From: an uncultured Fidelibacterota bacterium
Lineage (GTDB): Bacteria; Fidelibacterota; Marinisomatia; Marinisomatales; Marinisomataceae
DNA length: 64,000 bases
Assembly (NCBI GenBank): GCA_902575395.1
Contig: CACGRA010000002.1
Location: forward strand, 13,613 to 77,612
Direction: 5' to 3'
The translations under genes were made by a program, and so were the position numbers. Positions 37,628-48,454 of this stretch are shown piece by piece. How positions within the stretch are numbered: the first letter of the stretch is position 1; every line of letters starts with the position of its first letter. The notes under the pieces were generated by a model. The model had not been told where the DNA came from. It made no database searches and saw only the letters and a list, made by a program, of their open reading frames with translations.

Positions 37628-39424
37628 CTAAATACTCAATTTTTCTATGTTTCTTCGTGATGTAATAAAGTCAAATACGAATCTTGTTACAATAATTGCA
37701 GTAAACATACTTACAATAATACCCCAGAATAGCACTGTTGCAAATCCTTTGATAGGTCCACTTCCATATTGATAGAGGACTGCTGCTGCAATACCTGTAG
37801 TCAGGTTAGCATCTACAATAGTAGTAATAGCTCTTTGATATCCAGCATCAATTGCAGATCGAATTGCTTTACCTTTTCTCAATTCCTCTTTGATTCTTTC
37901 AAAAATAATAACATTTGCATCTACAGACATACCAACAGTCAAAATTAATCCAGCAATTCCTGGTAAAGTCAATGTTGCTTGAAGAAGAGCAAGAACACCA
38001 AGAAGCAATATTAAAGTCCATATCACTGAAAAACTTGCAATAAAACCTGACATACGGTAATAGAGAACAATAAAAAATATGACTAACAATAGTCCGATAA
38101 CCATCGAGAATGTACCTTGATTTACTGAATCAGCACCCAAAGATGCTCCAACAGTTCTTTCTTCAACTATAGTGACAGGCACCGGAAGTGCTCCAGCTCT
38201 TAAAACTATAGCAATATCTTCAGCTTCATTTACAGATTCTAAGCCTTCAATTACAGTTGATCCACCAAATATTTGGCTATTGATAACAGGAGCCATATGA
38301 ACTTTTTTATCTAACACAATAGCAATTCTTTTTTGAATATTTGCTCCTGTAATTCTTGCCCATTCTCTAGATCCTGCACTGCTCATTTCCATTTGTACAA
38401 TAGGTTGTCCAGCTGTAACTCCTGATTGTGCAATTCTTACTTGAGCATCTTCAATAACACCACCTGTTAATTCAGCATTCTTGTTTAAGTGATAAATAAT
38501 ATATATTTCTTCTTCATCACCAAAATCATTAATAAAAGTTTTAGCAGAATTGCTTAATAAAAATTGACCGTTGGTTGCGTCAAGAAGTTGTTTGATTCCT
38601 TCTTGCTTTAATAGGATATTTAACTTTTCTATATTATTTTCTTCTACCCCAATATCATTTCCTACACCAATAAGTAGCGAAGAAAATTGTAAATCATTTG
38701 CTCCAGTATCAGAACTAAATAGATTTTCAACATCTGTTTTCTTCTCTTTAGTATTATTAGCTGTATTTGCAAGATTGTCTATTTGTCTAATAATAGTATT
38801 TGTACTTTCTACATTTTTGACAATCATTAATTCCAATAATGCTGTACTCTGTAATAAACTTCGTGCACGTTCAGAATCTTGAATACCAGCTAATTCAACA
38901 ATTACTCTATCGCTTCCTTGTTTCTGAATAGTTGGTTCAGATACTCCAAATTGATCTACACGATTTTGAATAATTTCAATAATTCTATTGATTGAGTCTT
39001 CAGCTTCTAATTTTAATTGCTCGGTGATTTGATCTTTTGTTTTACCATAGTTAATAAAATATCGAGGCAATTTTAAATCATGGTTCATTGCATTCTGTTC
39101 AAATAAAGTAAAGAAATCACCAGTATTATTTGAATATTGATTGCTTAACTCATCTAGAAAAATTTCAAATTTTTTATCTTTATTAGATGCAAGATTGTTG
39201 ACCAGTTGAGGTAAATCAACTTCTAATACAATATATATACCTCCCTTGAGATCTAATCCTTGTTTGATTGTGTTATTTTCTAAGTATTCAATTTCATCTT
39301 TTGATAAAAGTGATTTTTTTTCATCACTAAGAAATTGATACTTCATCGTTGGAAAGAGAGAATAAACTCCTAATCCAAAAATAAATAAAATCAATAATAG
39401 TCTTGTTGTTAATCCGTTATTCAT
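37628..39424 (-). CDS. secD: Protein translocase subunit SecD
   Basis: GLDLKGG, a large periplasmic domain and a C-terminal TM bundle (GIAGLILTVGMSVDANVIIFERIKEE). Confidence 0.9.
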   Translation of the reverse strand: MNNGLTTRLLLILFIFGLGVYSLFPTMKYQFLSDEKKSLLSKDEIEYLENNTIKQGLDLKGGIYIVLEVDLPQLVNNLASNKDKKFEIFLDELSNQYSNNTGDFFTLFEQNAMNHDLKLPRYFINYGKTKDQITEQLKLEAEDSINRIIEIIQNRVDQFGVSEPTIQKQGSDRVIVELAGIQDSERARSLLQSTALLELMIVKNVESTNTIIRQIDNLANTANNTKEKKTDVENLFSSDTGANDLQFSSLLIGVGNDIGVEENNIEKLNILLKQEGIKQLLDATNGQFLLSNSAKTFINDFGDEEEIYIIYHLNKNAELTGGVIEDAQVRIAQSGVTAGQPIVQMEMSSAGSREWARITGANIQKRIAIVLDKKVHMAPVINSQIFGGSTVIEGLESVNEAEDIAIVLRAGALPVPVTIVEERTVGASLGADSVNQGTFSMVIGLLLVIFFIVLYYRMSGFIASFSVIWTLILLLGVLALLQATLTLPGIAGLILTVGMSVDANVIIFERIKEELRKGKAIRSAIDAGYQRAITTIVDANLTTGIAAAVLYQYGSGPIKGFATVLFWGIIVSMFTAIIVTRFVFDFITSRRNIEKLSI

Positions 39425-39481
39425 TGTTACTAATGTTAAGTGGAAGAATTTACCACTTTCAACTATTTTTGCACTATTTTT

Positions 39482-40660
39482 TTAAATTATATTTAATTCT
39501 TTTGCTACTTCTCCGAAAGCATTAATTGCACTATCAATTTGTTCTTTGCTATGCGCTGCTGAAATTTGTACTCGTATACGTGCTTCATCTTTTGGCACAA
39601 CAGGAAATGAAAATGCAATGACATAAATTCCTTTTTCTAGAAGTTTTTCTGACATTTCCACTGCTTTCTTAGCATCATAAATCATTATTGGTACAATTGG
39701 ATGATCTTTCCCTTTGATGTCTAACCCTATATTTTTAATTCCATTTCTAAAATGTGTAGTATTTTCTTCCAATTTCTTTTTATAGCTATAATCTTTAGCT
39801 ATAATATCAAACACTTTAATACAAGCTGCTACTAATGGTGGCGCTAAACTATTTGAAAATAAATATGGCCTTGATTTCTGTCTTAATGTTTCAACTATTT
39901 CATTCGAAGAGCTTATAAATCCGCCTGATGCTCCTCCTAAAGCTTTTCCGAAAGTAGAAGTAATAATATCAATTTCATCAAGTACTCCATGATATTCTGC
40001 ACTACCACGACCTTCATTTCCAATAAAGCCTGTTGCATGACAATCATCAACCATAATTAATGCATCATATTTTTTTGCCAAAGACGCTATATCTTTCAAT
40101 GGAGCAACAACACCATCCATACTAAATACTCCATCTGTTGCAATTAATTTTATATTACTATTTGATTTTTTAAGAAGTTCTTCAAGATGATTCATATCAG
40201 CATGGTTATAACGATTTTTTTCAGCTTTGCATAGCCTGATTCCATCAATAATAGATGCATGATTAAGCTCATCTGAAAAAACTGCATCTTTCTCTGATAA
40301 GATTGTTTCAAATAAACCTCCATTAGCATCAAAACATGAAGAATAAAGAATAGTATCTTCCATACGATGGAATTCACTCACTATTTGCTCTAAGTCTTTA
40401 TGAATTGTTTGTGTACCACAAATAAAACGAACTGAACTTAATCCAAATCCCCATTCTTCAATTGCATCTATTGCGGCTTTCTTGACAATATCGTTATTTG
40501 ATAATCCTAAATAATTATTTGCACAAAAATTAATTACTGATTTGCCCAATACATTAATTTCTGTTTCTTGTGGACTTTCAATAATTCTTTCATTTTTAAA
40601 TGTTCCGGCTGATTTGATATCAACTATCTGATTTTGAAGAATATTTTTAATTTCTTTCAT
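39482..40660 (-). CDS. kbl: Glycine C-acetyltransferase (2-amino-3-ketobutyrate CoA ligase)
   Basis: Alpha-oxoamine synthase family, with the PLP lysine region STFGKALGGASGGF. Paired with an SDR-type threonine dehydrogenase. Confidence 0.8.
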   Translation of the reverse strand: MKEIKNILQNQIVDIKSAGTFKNERIIESPQETEINVLGKSVINFCANNYLGLSNNDIVKKAAIDAIEEWGFGLSSVRFICGTQTIHKDLEQIVSEFHRMEDTILYSSCFDANGGLFETILSEKDAVFSDELNHASIIDGIRLCKAEKNRYNHADMNHLEELLKKSNSNIKLIATDGVFSMDGVVAPLKDIASLAKKYDALIMVDDCHATGFIGNEGRGSAEYHGVLDEIDIITSTFGKALGGASGGFISSSNEIVETLRQKSRPYLFSNSLAPPLVAACIKVFDIIAKDYSYKKKLEENTTHFRNGIKNIGLDIKGKDHPIVPIMIYDAKKAVEMSEKLLEKGIYVIAFSFPVVPKDEARIRVQISAAHSKEQIDSAINAFGEVAKELNII

Positions 40661-41642
40661 AATGTTTTTTGATTTTTGGAATTAAATAATCCATAAAAAA
40701 TGAGTTATGATCATATTGAGTTGAAAAATCCCATTCTTTTTTTGCTTTTTCACAATTTAAACTATCAGGCCAAGTATCTGCAACAGATTGCAATTTTTCT
40801 TCCACATTGTATTTTATACTAAAATTTGGAAATTCTTTTTTGATTGTATCAATTATTTGACTTGGGGTGAGGCTTATTTCTTGAATATTAAATGATCTTA
40901 ATTGTGAAGCAATGTCTTCCATGTTCATTATCCTGATAATTGAATTAATTGCTTCTTCTATACCAATGAATGGTAGTTTTGTATCTGCACTAATCTTACA
41001 TTCGTATTCTTCTTCACCATTCTTTAATAAGAATACGGCCGCAGCGTGTAACATTTGTGGAGCAAAGTCAGTTGTTCCTCCATTAGGTATTGTGTATGGA
41101 CTAATAATTCCTGGAAATCGAATTGATCTAAAATCTATGCCTGCATTATTTTGATGACTTTCTTCATGTTTTTTAGTTCCATAACGCTCTATAAGTAATT
41201 TATTTTTTCCATATATAGTTGTTGGTTGTATTATATCTGTTTCTTTTGCTTTGATTAATTTTCTTGGTCCATATACTGCAATAGAACTAGGAAAGAAAAA
41301 TTTGACAAAATTTTTGTTAATACTTCCTGATTCAAATGCAGTATCAATAATTAGTTTTGAACCTTCTTCATTAATTTCTTTTGCAAGTTGAGGATTATTC
41401 ATTGCAGTTTGACTTAGTAAAGCAGCAAAATGATATACCTCGGTAATTTTAAATTGATTAAACAATTTTTTAATATTTTCACTATTAGTAATACTATCTT
41501 TTATGTATATAGTATTGTCATAATTTGTTATTGATTCGTTGATATCAAGAGCAATTTTTGTAATAGGACTATCCTGCATAGATGCAAGCAATTGACTTCC
41601 AATTTCACCATTAGACCCCGTAACAAGTATTGCTTTTTTCAT
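40647..41642 (-). CDS. tdh: NAD-dependent epimerase-fold L-threonine 3-dehydrogenase
   Basis: N-terminal ILVTGSNGEIGS Rossmann motif and YGxxK (YGKNK). Overlaps kbl by 14 nt. Confidence 0.65.
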   Translation of the reverse strand: MKKAILVTGSNGEIGSQLLASMQDSPITKIALDINESITNYDNTIYIKDSITNSENIKKLFNQFKITEVYHFAALLSQTAMNNPQLAKEINEEGSKLIIDTAFESGSINKNFVKFFFPSSIAVYGPRKLIKAKETDIIQPTTIYGKNKLLIERYGTKKHEESHQNNAGIDFRSIRFPGIISPYTIPNGGTTDFAPQMLHAAAVFLLKNGEEEYECKISADTKLPFIGIEEAINSIIRIMNMEDIASQLRSFNIQEISLTPSQIIDTIKKEFPNFSIKYNVEEKLQSVADTWPDSLNCEKAKKEWDFSTQYDHNSFFMDYLIPKIKKHYERN

Positions 41643-41720
41643 TGTTATAAATTAATCAATTCAATTCATTTGTTAAAAACTTTGTATTACGATTGAATAC
41701 CAAGTAAATTTTTCATTCTA

Positions 41721-42485
41721 ATGAGTAAAGTAATCGCCATTATCAATCAAAAAGGTGGAGTCGGTAAAACAACGACAGCTATTAATCTAGCTGCTAGTTT
41801 TGCCATATTAGAAAAAAGGACTCTATTGATAGATTTTGATCCTCAAACGAATGCTACTACAGGTTTATCAAATTCTGGGATTAATAATGATTACTCTATA
41901 TATGATGCATTGAGCGAAGAAAAGACAATAAAGCAAGTCATTTCTAATACTGATTTAGATTTTCTTGATTTTATAAAATCGGATCAAAATTTAGTTGGAT
42001 GTGAAGTAGAATTAGTATCTATTCCAAATCGCGAAAAACAATTACTAAGATTGATTAATAAAGTAAAAAAAGATTATGATTTTATACTAATTGATTGTCC
42101 TCCATCTCTTGGATTATTAACCTTAAATGCTTTAGTTGCATCTAATAATGTTTTAATTCCTATACAAAGTGAATTTTTAGCAGTTGAAGGATTAAAAAGT
42201 TTAAGTGAGACTATTAAATTGGTGCAGGAAAATTTTAATAAAGATTTAAAAATTTTAGGCATTCTTATTACAATGCATAATAAAAGATTAAGATTGGCAA
42301 GGAAAGTTCTAAATTTGTTAAAATCGAATTTTAAAAATAAATTATTCAAGACTAAAATCAATAGGAATGTCAGATTAGCAGAGGCACCAGATGACGGTAG
42401 GCCAGCAATTGTTTATGATGTTAATTGTTCAGGAGCAAAAAATTATTTGGATTTAGCAATGGAGATATTAAATGGCAAAAAATAA
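41721..42485 (+). CDS. parA: Chromosome partitioning ATPase ParA/Soj
   Basis: Deviant Walker A KGGVGKTT, and DCPPSLG. Confidence 0.9.
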   Translation: MSKVIAIINQKGGVGKTTTAINLAASFAILEKRTLLIDFDPQTNATTGLSNSGINNDYSIYDALSEEKTIKQVISNTDLDFLDFIKSDQNLVGCEVELVSIPNREKQLLRLINKVKKDYDFILIDCPPSLGLLTLNALVASNNVLIPIQSEFLAVEGLKSLSETIKLVQENFNKDLKILGILITMHNKRLRLARKVLNLLKSNFKNKLFKTKINRNVRLAEAPDDGRPAIVYDVNCSGAKNYLDLAMEILNGKK

Positions 42486-43311
42486 AAAGATTGGACAGGG
42501 AATTAATGCATTAATTTCACCTGAATCTACAGTTGATATGAAGCAAAATGATATATTGATTAGTAAGATTTCTCCAAACCCTAATCAACCAAGAAAGATT
42601 TTTGATGACAAATCTCTTAAGCAATTAGCGCAATCTATCGAAGAAAAAGGCTTGATAACTCCTATTACAGTGAAAAATGAAGGCAACAAATATATTATTA
42701 TTGCTGGTGAAAGACGTTTTAGAGCACATCAATTATTAAAAAGAAAAAAGATTCCAGCTTACATACTTGAAAGTGATTCTAATAAAGATTTGATGTATAT
42801 GGCATTAATTGAAAATATTCAAAGAGAAGATTTAAATGCTATAGAGCAAGCAAGAGCTTACCAACATTTAAAGGATAATTTAGATACTTCTATTACTGAA
42901 ATTGCAAAAACGATTGGAAAGTCAAGACCAGCAGTGTCTAATACATTAAGATTATTGCAATTACCACCTGAAATTCAAGATAGTATTTTAGCTGGCGAAA
43001 TTAATGAAGGACAAGCTAGGGTAATTTTGCAGAAAAATACTACCCAAGGTAGAATTGCATTATGGAAAAGAATCCTAAGAGAAAAAATGTCTGTAAGAAA
43101 AATAGAAGCTAGCGTATCTAAGCAAAGTAAATGGCAAAAACAATTAGAAGATATCCAAAATAAAATATCAAGAGTTATTGGAGTTAAAGTTACAGTAAAG
43201 AAAAGCAAAAAAACTGGTAAAGGATATTTAAAAATTTATTTTGATTCAAAAACATGGGACAGGGTTTTGGAATCTTTAGGGGTTTTGACTTCTTGGGAAT
43301 CTGATAAATGA
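42472..43311 (+). CDS. parB: Chromosome partitioning protein ParB/Spo0J
   Basis: PNPNQPRK box, GERRFRA arginine patch and the HTH region IAKTIGKSRPAVSNTLRLL. Confidence 0.9.
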   Translation: MAKNKKIGQGINALISPESTVDMKQNDILISKISPNPNQPRKIFDDKSLKQLAQSIEEKGLITPITVKNEGNKYIIIAGERRFRAHQLLKRKKIPAYILESDSNKDLMYMALIENIQREDLNAIEQARAYQHLKDNLDTSITEIAKTIGKSRPAVSNTLRLLQLPPEIQDSILAGEINEGQARVILQKNTTQGRIALWKRILREKMSVRKIEASVSKQSKWQKQLEDIQNKISRVIGVKVTVKKSKKTGKGYLKIYFDSKTWDRVLESLGVLTSWESDK

Positions 43312-44072
43312 AGCATAAAGATTATAAAATTCTTTTTATATCTGTTTTAAATAACAAAACATGGCAATTAGAATTCACTAAATCTTCTTTCTTTGTCGGA
43401 ATTATAGCGATTGGAACCATTTGTTTAATTTCATTATTATTAATCATTTTTTCTGTTCCAATCATAAATGAATATCTTGAAATCAACACTGTTGATCGTA
43501 AGATTAATGCCCAAAAAGAGATTATTAGTGACCTATCTGAGAGTATCGATGAAATTGGTTTAATGAAGTCCTATATCGAAGACATCATTGGATTGGAAGA
43601 AGGTGAAGACATAGATCCTGCTAAGGTTCGTTTTATGGTTACAAACAATATTCCGAATATAAAGCCAAATGAAGGTGTTATTAGTGATGAATTTGATATT
43701 GATAGCAAACATTTTGGTATTGATATTGTTAATGAAGAAGGAACCTCAGTCTTTTCTATAGCAAATGGAGTAGTAGTCTACAGCGATTATTCAAGCGATT
43801 ACGGAAATGGTATAATAATAGACCATGAAAATGGATATTATTCACATTACTATCATAATAAAGAGAATTTTGTTAAAAGAAATGAACGTGTTGATGCAGG
43901 TACTGTAATTGCACAATTAGGTAATACAGGGCAAAAGTCTTCGGGGCCACATTTACATTTTGAAATATGGAAAGATGGTAAGCCAATTAATCCTTTATCT
44001 TTTTTTCAAGATTATTCAAAAAAATCCGATAAATTAGAAATAGAAAACAATGAACAATCAATCAACAAATAG
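43308..44072 (+). CDS. Membrane-anchored M23 (LytM-type) metallopeptidase
   Basis: One TM helix. HFGIDI (HxxxD) and GPHLHFEI (HxH) motifs. Confidence 0.85.
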   Translation: MKHKDYKILFISVLNNKTWQLEFTKSSFFVGIIAIGTICLISLLLIIFSVPIINEYLEINTVDRKINAQKEIISDLSESIDEIGLMKSYIEDIIGLEEGEDIDPAKVRFMVTNNIPNIKPNEGVISDEFDIDSKHFGIDIVNEEGTSVFSIANGVVVYSDYSSDYGNGIIIDHENGYYSHYYHNKENFVKRNERVDAGTVIAQLGNTGQKSSGPHLHFEIWKDGKPINPLSFFQDYSKKSDKLEIENNEQSINK

Positions 44073-44391
44073 CCAAACAATTATAGCAGAAGATGTTCAG
44101 ATTGACGGTGACATAATGTTGTCTGGCAATATTACTATATATGGAGAGATTAGAGGAGCTGTTTCTACTGATGGGGCTATTCAGCTTGCAAAAAACGGAA
44201 AAATTTTTGGTGATGTGAAATCATCTTCTATTCAAATGAATGGATATATAGAAGGTGATATGTTTATTGATGGCACTGCAGAGCTCTTGAGCAATTGTGA
44301 GCTTGTAGGAAACTTGCAATATAGAGTATTAAATATACAAGATGGTGCACAGTTTTCTGGTAGATGTGAAATTATTAATGACGAAGAATAA
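44050..44391 (+). CDS. Bactofilin
   Basis: Bactofilin-type beta-helix periodicity (IDGDIMLSGNITIYGEIRGAV...GDVKSSSIQMNGYIEGDM...). 113 aa. Confidence 0.8.
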   Translation: MNNQSTNSQTIIAEDVQIDGDIMLSGNITIYGEIRGAVSTDGAIQLAKNGKIFGDVKSSSIQMNGYIEGDMFIDGTAELLSNCELVGNLQYRVLNIQDGAQFSGRCEIINDEE

Positions 44392-44413
44392 TAAAGAATC
44401 TTTAACATCAATA

Positions 44414-44575
44414 ATGGCAAAAAGCTATGCTGTATATTTCGAATTTTTTGGCATTATTATTGCATGGATTTTATGCGGATATTTAATAACTGGTAAAATA
44501 TCTTTGATTTCTATTTTTTTTGGCGTTATCCATGCTTCTTTTAAGGCTTATCAAGCTGTTATGAAAAAATATTAA
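44414..44575 (+). CDS. Small 2-TM protein, AtpZ/AtpI-like by position
   Basis: I place the start at ATG 44414. The 53-aa hydrophobic protein lies immediately upstream of atpB. Confidence 0.4.
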   Translation: MAKSYAVYFEFFGIIIAWILCGYLITGKISLISIFFGVIHASFKAYQAVMKKY

Positions 44576-44662
44576 AAATATATTTTTTGCTATTTTCTGA
44601 TTGATTTTTTTTTCTTAGGTTTCAGCGATGTCAATTGGAAAAAAATATCACCCATAATTCTT

Positions 44663-45679
44663 ATGAATAATGCATTAAAAATATTCTTTGTATGTTTAAT
44701 GTTAATTTCGCCTATAATTGCAGGCGGTGGTGGTGAAACCAATAAAGAACTAGACCCTGTTTATGAGGCTATTTCTCACGTTGCAGATTCAATGAAAATT
44801 ACAAAAGTTGGAAATAGTTATGAAGCAGGAGAAATAAGTGCCTTATTTACTCTTCCTAAAATTTATGGTATTGATTTCTCTATCACTAAACATGTTTTTC
44901 TATTGTTATTAGTCTCTTTTATCACTGTTACCTCTATTATATTTTTAGTACAAAGATATATTTCAAGCCACACTAAAGTTCCTGGGAAACCAATGAATTT
45001 TGTTGAAATGATTGTTGTTTATATAAGAGAAAATGTTTTAAAGAATTTTATTGGAGAAAAATATTATAGAGAATGGGCTCCACTTGTTTATACACTTTTC
45101 TTTTTTATTTTAGTGGGTAATTTTTTAGGCTTGATACCTATTTTTGATTTTCTAGGCTTTGTCAATTATTTTGGATCTAAACTTATCAATATTGATTATC
45201 ACAATACATTTTTATACCCTTTTACTAAAGGGGGAAATACGGTTACCGCTAATATCAATTTAAATTTTGCATTGGCGACTATTACATTTTTTGCATTTAC
45301 AATTGCAGGTATTAAAAAATATGGCCCAATTGGACATTGGAAAAATTTTGCTCCTCCAGGATTAGCTTGGCCTTTATATTTTATTGTTGTTCCGATTGAG
45401 ATTTTAGGTATGTTACTCAGACCTCTTACCCTCACTTTAAGGTTAGCAGGAAATATGATGGGAGGGCATTTAGCATTAATAATTTTTACTGGACTTGTAA
45501 TGCAGATTGCACAGTCTTATAATAGTGTTTTAATGGGATTAGCGGGAGCTAGTTTATTTTCAGTTCCACTATCTATTTGTATAATATTTTTAGAAATTTT
45601 AGTAGGATTTTTACAAGCATATGTATTTGCTTTGTTGACAGCCGTTTTTATAGGAATGGCTGTAAATGTTCATCATTAA
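44663..45679 (+). CDS. atpB: F-type ATP synthase Fo subunit a
   Basis: Conserved LRLAGNMMGGH arginine motif. Long N-terminal extension. Confidence 0.9.
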   Translation: MNNALKIFFVCLMLISPIIAGGGGETNKELDPVYEAISHVADSMKITKVGNSYEAGEISALFTLPKIYGIDFSITKHVFLLLLVSFITVTSIIFLVQRYISSHTKVPGKPMNFVEMIVVYIRENVLKNFIGEKYYREWAPLVYTLFFFILVGNFLGLIPIFDFLGFVNYFGSKLINIDYHNTFLYPFTKGGNTVTANINLNFALATITFFAFTIAGIKKYGPIGHWKNFAPPGLAWPLYFIVVPIEILGMLLRPLTLTLRLAGNMMGGHLALIIFTGLVMQIAQSYNSVLMGLAGASLFSVPLSICIIFLEILVGFLQAYVFALLTAVFIGMAVNVHH

Positions 45680-45880
<201 letters not shown>

Positions 45881-45899
45881 TTAAAAGAGAAAGTAAAAT

Positions 45900-46409
45900 A
45901 TGAATAATCCATTATTTGTAGTAAGTCCAGGCTTATATATTTGGTCATTGGTAATATTTTTATTGGTATTACTTATCCTTAAAAAGTATGCATGGACACC
46001 TTTGCTTGATTTTCTTGATCAGAGAGAAAAAGAAATTTCTGATTCTTTAGCTATGGCAGAAAGTGCTAAAGCTGACCTTGAAAAGGTTAAAGAAGAATCT
46101 GAAAAAATTCTCAATGAAGCAAAAAATCAAGGAAAGTCTATTGTTAGTGATAGTAAACAGAAAGCTGAAGATTCTGCAAACAAAATTCTTAATGATGCTA
46201 AAGCAAAGTCAGATGAATTTGTTTTAGATGCTAAAAAGAAGATTGATGTGGAAAAGAAGAAAGCTATTAAAGAGATAAAAGAAGAAGTAGTTGGACTTAG
46301 TTTGGATTTAGCATCACAAGTTTTACAACGAAATGTAAAAGATGAGGATAACAATAAATTTGTTGATTCTTCTCTGAAGGCAATTAATACTGATGAAGCA
46401 AAATCATAA
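45900..46409 (+). CDS. atpF: F-type ATP synthase Fo subunit b
   Basis: One N-terminal TM helix followed by a long charged helix. Operon position supports the call. Confidence 0.85.
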   Translation: MNNPLFVVSPGLYIWSLVIFLLVLLILKKYAWTPLLDFLDQREKEISDSLAMAESAKADLEKVKEESEKILNEAKNQGKSIVSDSKQKAEDSANKILNDAKAKSDEFVLDAKKKIDVEKKKAIKEIKEEVVGLSLDLASQVLQRNVKDEDNNKFVDSSLKAINTDEAKS

Positions 46410-46935
46410 GAAAATAAAACTATATTCAGATTCGTTTTCTTCTTTGGTAACAAATTTTGATGAATTTGGATCTATTAAAAATGCACTTACTGTTTTAGTG
46501 TCTGTTATTAAAAAAGACTCTACAGTAAATGCTTTTGTAAGGTCAAAATCAACTAATGTAGATAAAAAAATTAGTGTTTTTCAATCTGCACTTGGTGAAG
46601 TGTTTGATCATCGGTTATTAGATATTGTTACCATAATGTTAGAAAATGATGATATAGGATTATTGGAAGATGTAACTAATAGATTTCTTTCTATAATAAA
46701 AAATAGATTGAATATTGCACATGTAGAGGTTGTTTCTTCTTTTGATATGGATGAAGAATATCAATCAAATCTTCTGAAGCAATTAAAAGAAGCTACGAAT
46801 AAAGAAATCGATTTTAATTTTTCCGTCGATAAAGATTTAATTGGTGGATTAAAGATTAAGATTGATGATACATTATTTGATAGTACACTAAAGACAAAAT
46901 TAGAAAATGCAAAATTAAAGTTAATAGGGGTATAA
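46393..46935 (+). CDS. atpH: F-type ATP synthase subunit delta (OSCP)
   Basis: C-terminal DKDLIGGLKIKIDDTLFDST pattern. Operon position supports the call. Confidence 0.75.
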   Translation: MKQNHKKIKLYSDSFSSLVTNFDEFGSIKNALTVLVSVIKKDSTVNAFVRSKSTNVDKKISVFQSALGEVFDHRLLDIVTIMLENDDIGLLEDVTNRFLSIIKNRLNIAHVEVVSSFDMDEEYQSNLLKQLKEATNKEIDFNFSVDKDLIGGLKIKIDDTLFDSTLKTKLENAKLKLIGV

Positions 46936-48453
46936 ATGGAAATTAAAACAAATGAGATTGGCGATTTATTACGCAGTCAGATAAAAAATATTGATAGCGA
47001 TGTCGATGTTAATGAAGTTGGTGAAGTGCTAGAAGTTGGAGATGGTGTTGCAAGAACAAGTGGTCTTGGCAGTGTCATGAGTTCTGAGCTTGTAGAGTTT
47101 CCTAATGGAGTTTTTGGTATGGCACTTAATTTAGAAGAAGAAAATGTTGGTGCTGTACTTTTTGGAGATAGTAGTTTAGTCAAAGAAGGAGATACAGTCA
47201 AAAGAACAGGTAAGGTTGCTGAAGTTCCTGTTGGAAAAGAATTATTAGGACGTGTTGTCAATCCTTTAGGACAACCTTTAGATGGTAAAGGCCCTATTAA
47301 TACTAAAGAAACTCTTCCAATTGAGAGAAAAGCTTTAGGTGTTATGTCAAGATTCCCTGTGAAAGAACCCCTACAAACAGGATTGAAAGCAATAGATAGT
47401 ATGATTCCTATTGGACGAGGCCAAAGAGAATTGATTATTGGAGACCGTCAGACAGGAAAATCTGCAATTGCTGCAGATACAATTATCAATCAAAAATCTT
47501 CCCATGATTCTGATAGTCCAGTTTATTGTATTTATGTTGCGGTTGGTCAAAAAGCTTCAACCGTTGCAAAGCTAGTAGCAGAGCTTGAATCAAATGGTGC
47601 AATGGAGTATACAACGATTGTTGTAGCCAATGCTTCAGATCCTGCTCCATTACAATATATTGCACCATATTCTGGATGTGCAATGGGAGAATATTATAGA
47701 GATAATGGAATGCATTCACTTATTGTATATGACGATTTATCAAAGCAAGCTGTTGCATATAGACAAATGTCACTTGTATTAAGAAGACCTCCAGGTCGTG
47801 AAGCATTTCCAGGAGATGTTTTCTATTTACATAGCAGACTACTTGAAAGAGCGTCAAAATTATCAGAAGATTTAAATTCTGGATCGTTAACTGCATTACC
47901 GATTATTGAAACTCAAGAAGGAGATGTATCTGCATATATTCCAACAAATGTGATATCTATTACTGATGGACAGATATATTTAGATACAAACCTATTTAAT
48001 GGCGGAGTTAGACCTGCGGTTGATGTAGGTCTTTCGGTATCAAGAGTTGGTGGTAGCGCTCAAGTTAAAGCAATGAAAAAAATTGCTGGTAAACTAAGGT
48101 TAGATCTAGCACAATTTAGAGAATTAGAAGCTTTTGCTAAATTTGCTTCAGATTTAGATGAAGCAACCGCATTACAGATTACTAGAGGGCGAAGAATGGT
48201 AGAAATATTGAAACAAAATCAATATGTACCTATGTCTGTCGCTAATCAGGTTGTCATTATTTATGCAGCAAGTAAAGGCTATCTTGATGATATTGATCTT
48301 GATAAAGTAAAAGATTTTGAAACAGGTTTACTTGAACATTTTCAATCTAAATATTCTGACGCATTAGATGAACTTCATAAAACAGGCGATATCGGAGAAG
48401 ATTTAGAAAAGAAAATGGATAGTGCAATAGAGGAGTTTAAGAAAACATTCTAA
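46936..48453 (+). CDS. atpA: F-type ATP synthase subunit alpha
   Basis: GDRQTGKS Walker A. Highly conserved throughout. Confidence 0.97.
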   Translation: MEIKTNEIGDLLRSQIKNIDSDVDVNEVGEVLEVGDGVARTSGLGSVMSSELVEFPNGVFGMALNLEEENVGAVLFGDSSLVKEGDTVKRTGKVAEVPVGKELLGRVVNPLGQPLDGKGPINTKETLPIERKALGVMSRFPVKEPLQTGLKAIDSMIPIGRGQRELIIGDRQTGKSAIAADTIINQKSSHDSDSPVYCIYVAVGQKASTVAKLVAELESNGAMEYTTIVVANASDPAPLQYIAPYSGCAMGEYYRDNGMHSLIVYDDLSKQAVAYRQMSLVLRRPPGREAFPGDVFYLHSRLLERASKLSEDLNSGSLTALPIIETQEGDVSAYIPTNVISITDGQIYLDTNLFNGGVRPAVDVGLSVSRVGGSAQVKAMKKIAGKLRLDLAQFRELEAFAKFASDLDEATALQITRGRRMVEILKQNQYVPMSVANQVVIIYAASKGYLDDIDLDKVKDFETGLLEHFQSKYSDALDELHKTGDIGEDLEKKMDSAIEEFKKTF

Positions 48454-48454
48454 T

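Noticed and set aside
39438-39458. Hairpin AAGTGG-N9-CCACTT between kbl and secD, considered as a terminator
   Set aside because: No T-run follows on the transcribed minus strand. The genes are co-directional and only 57 nt apart.
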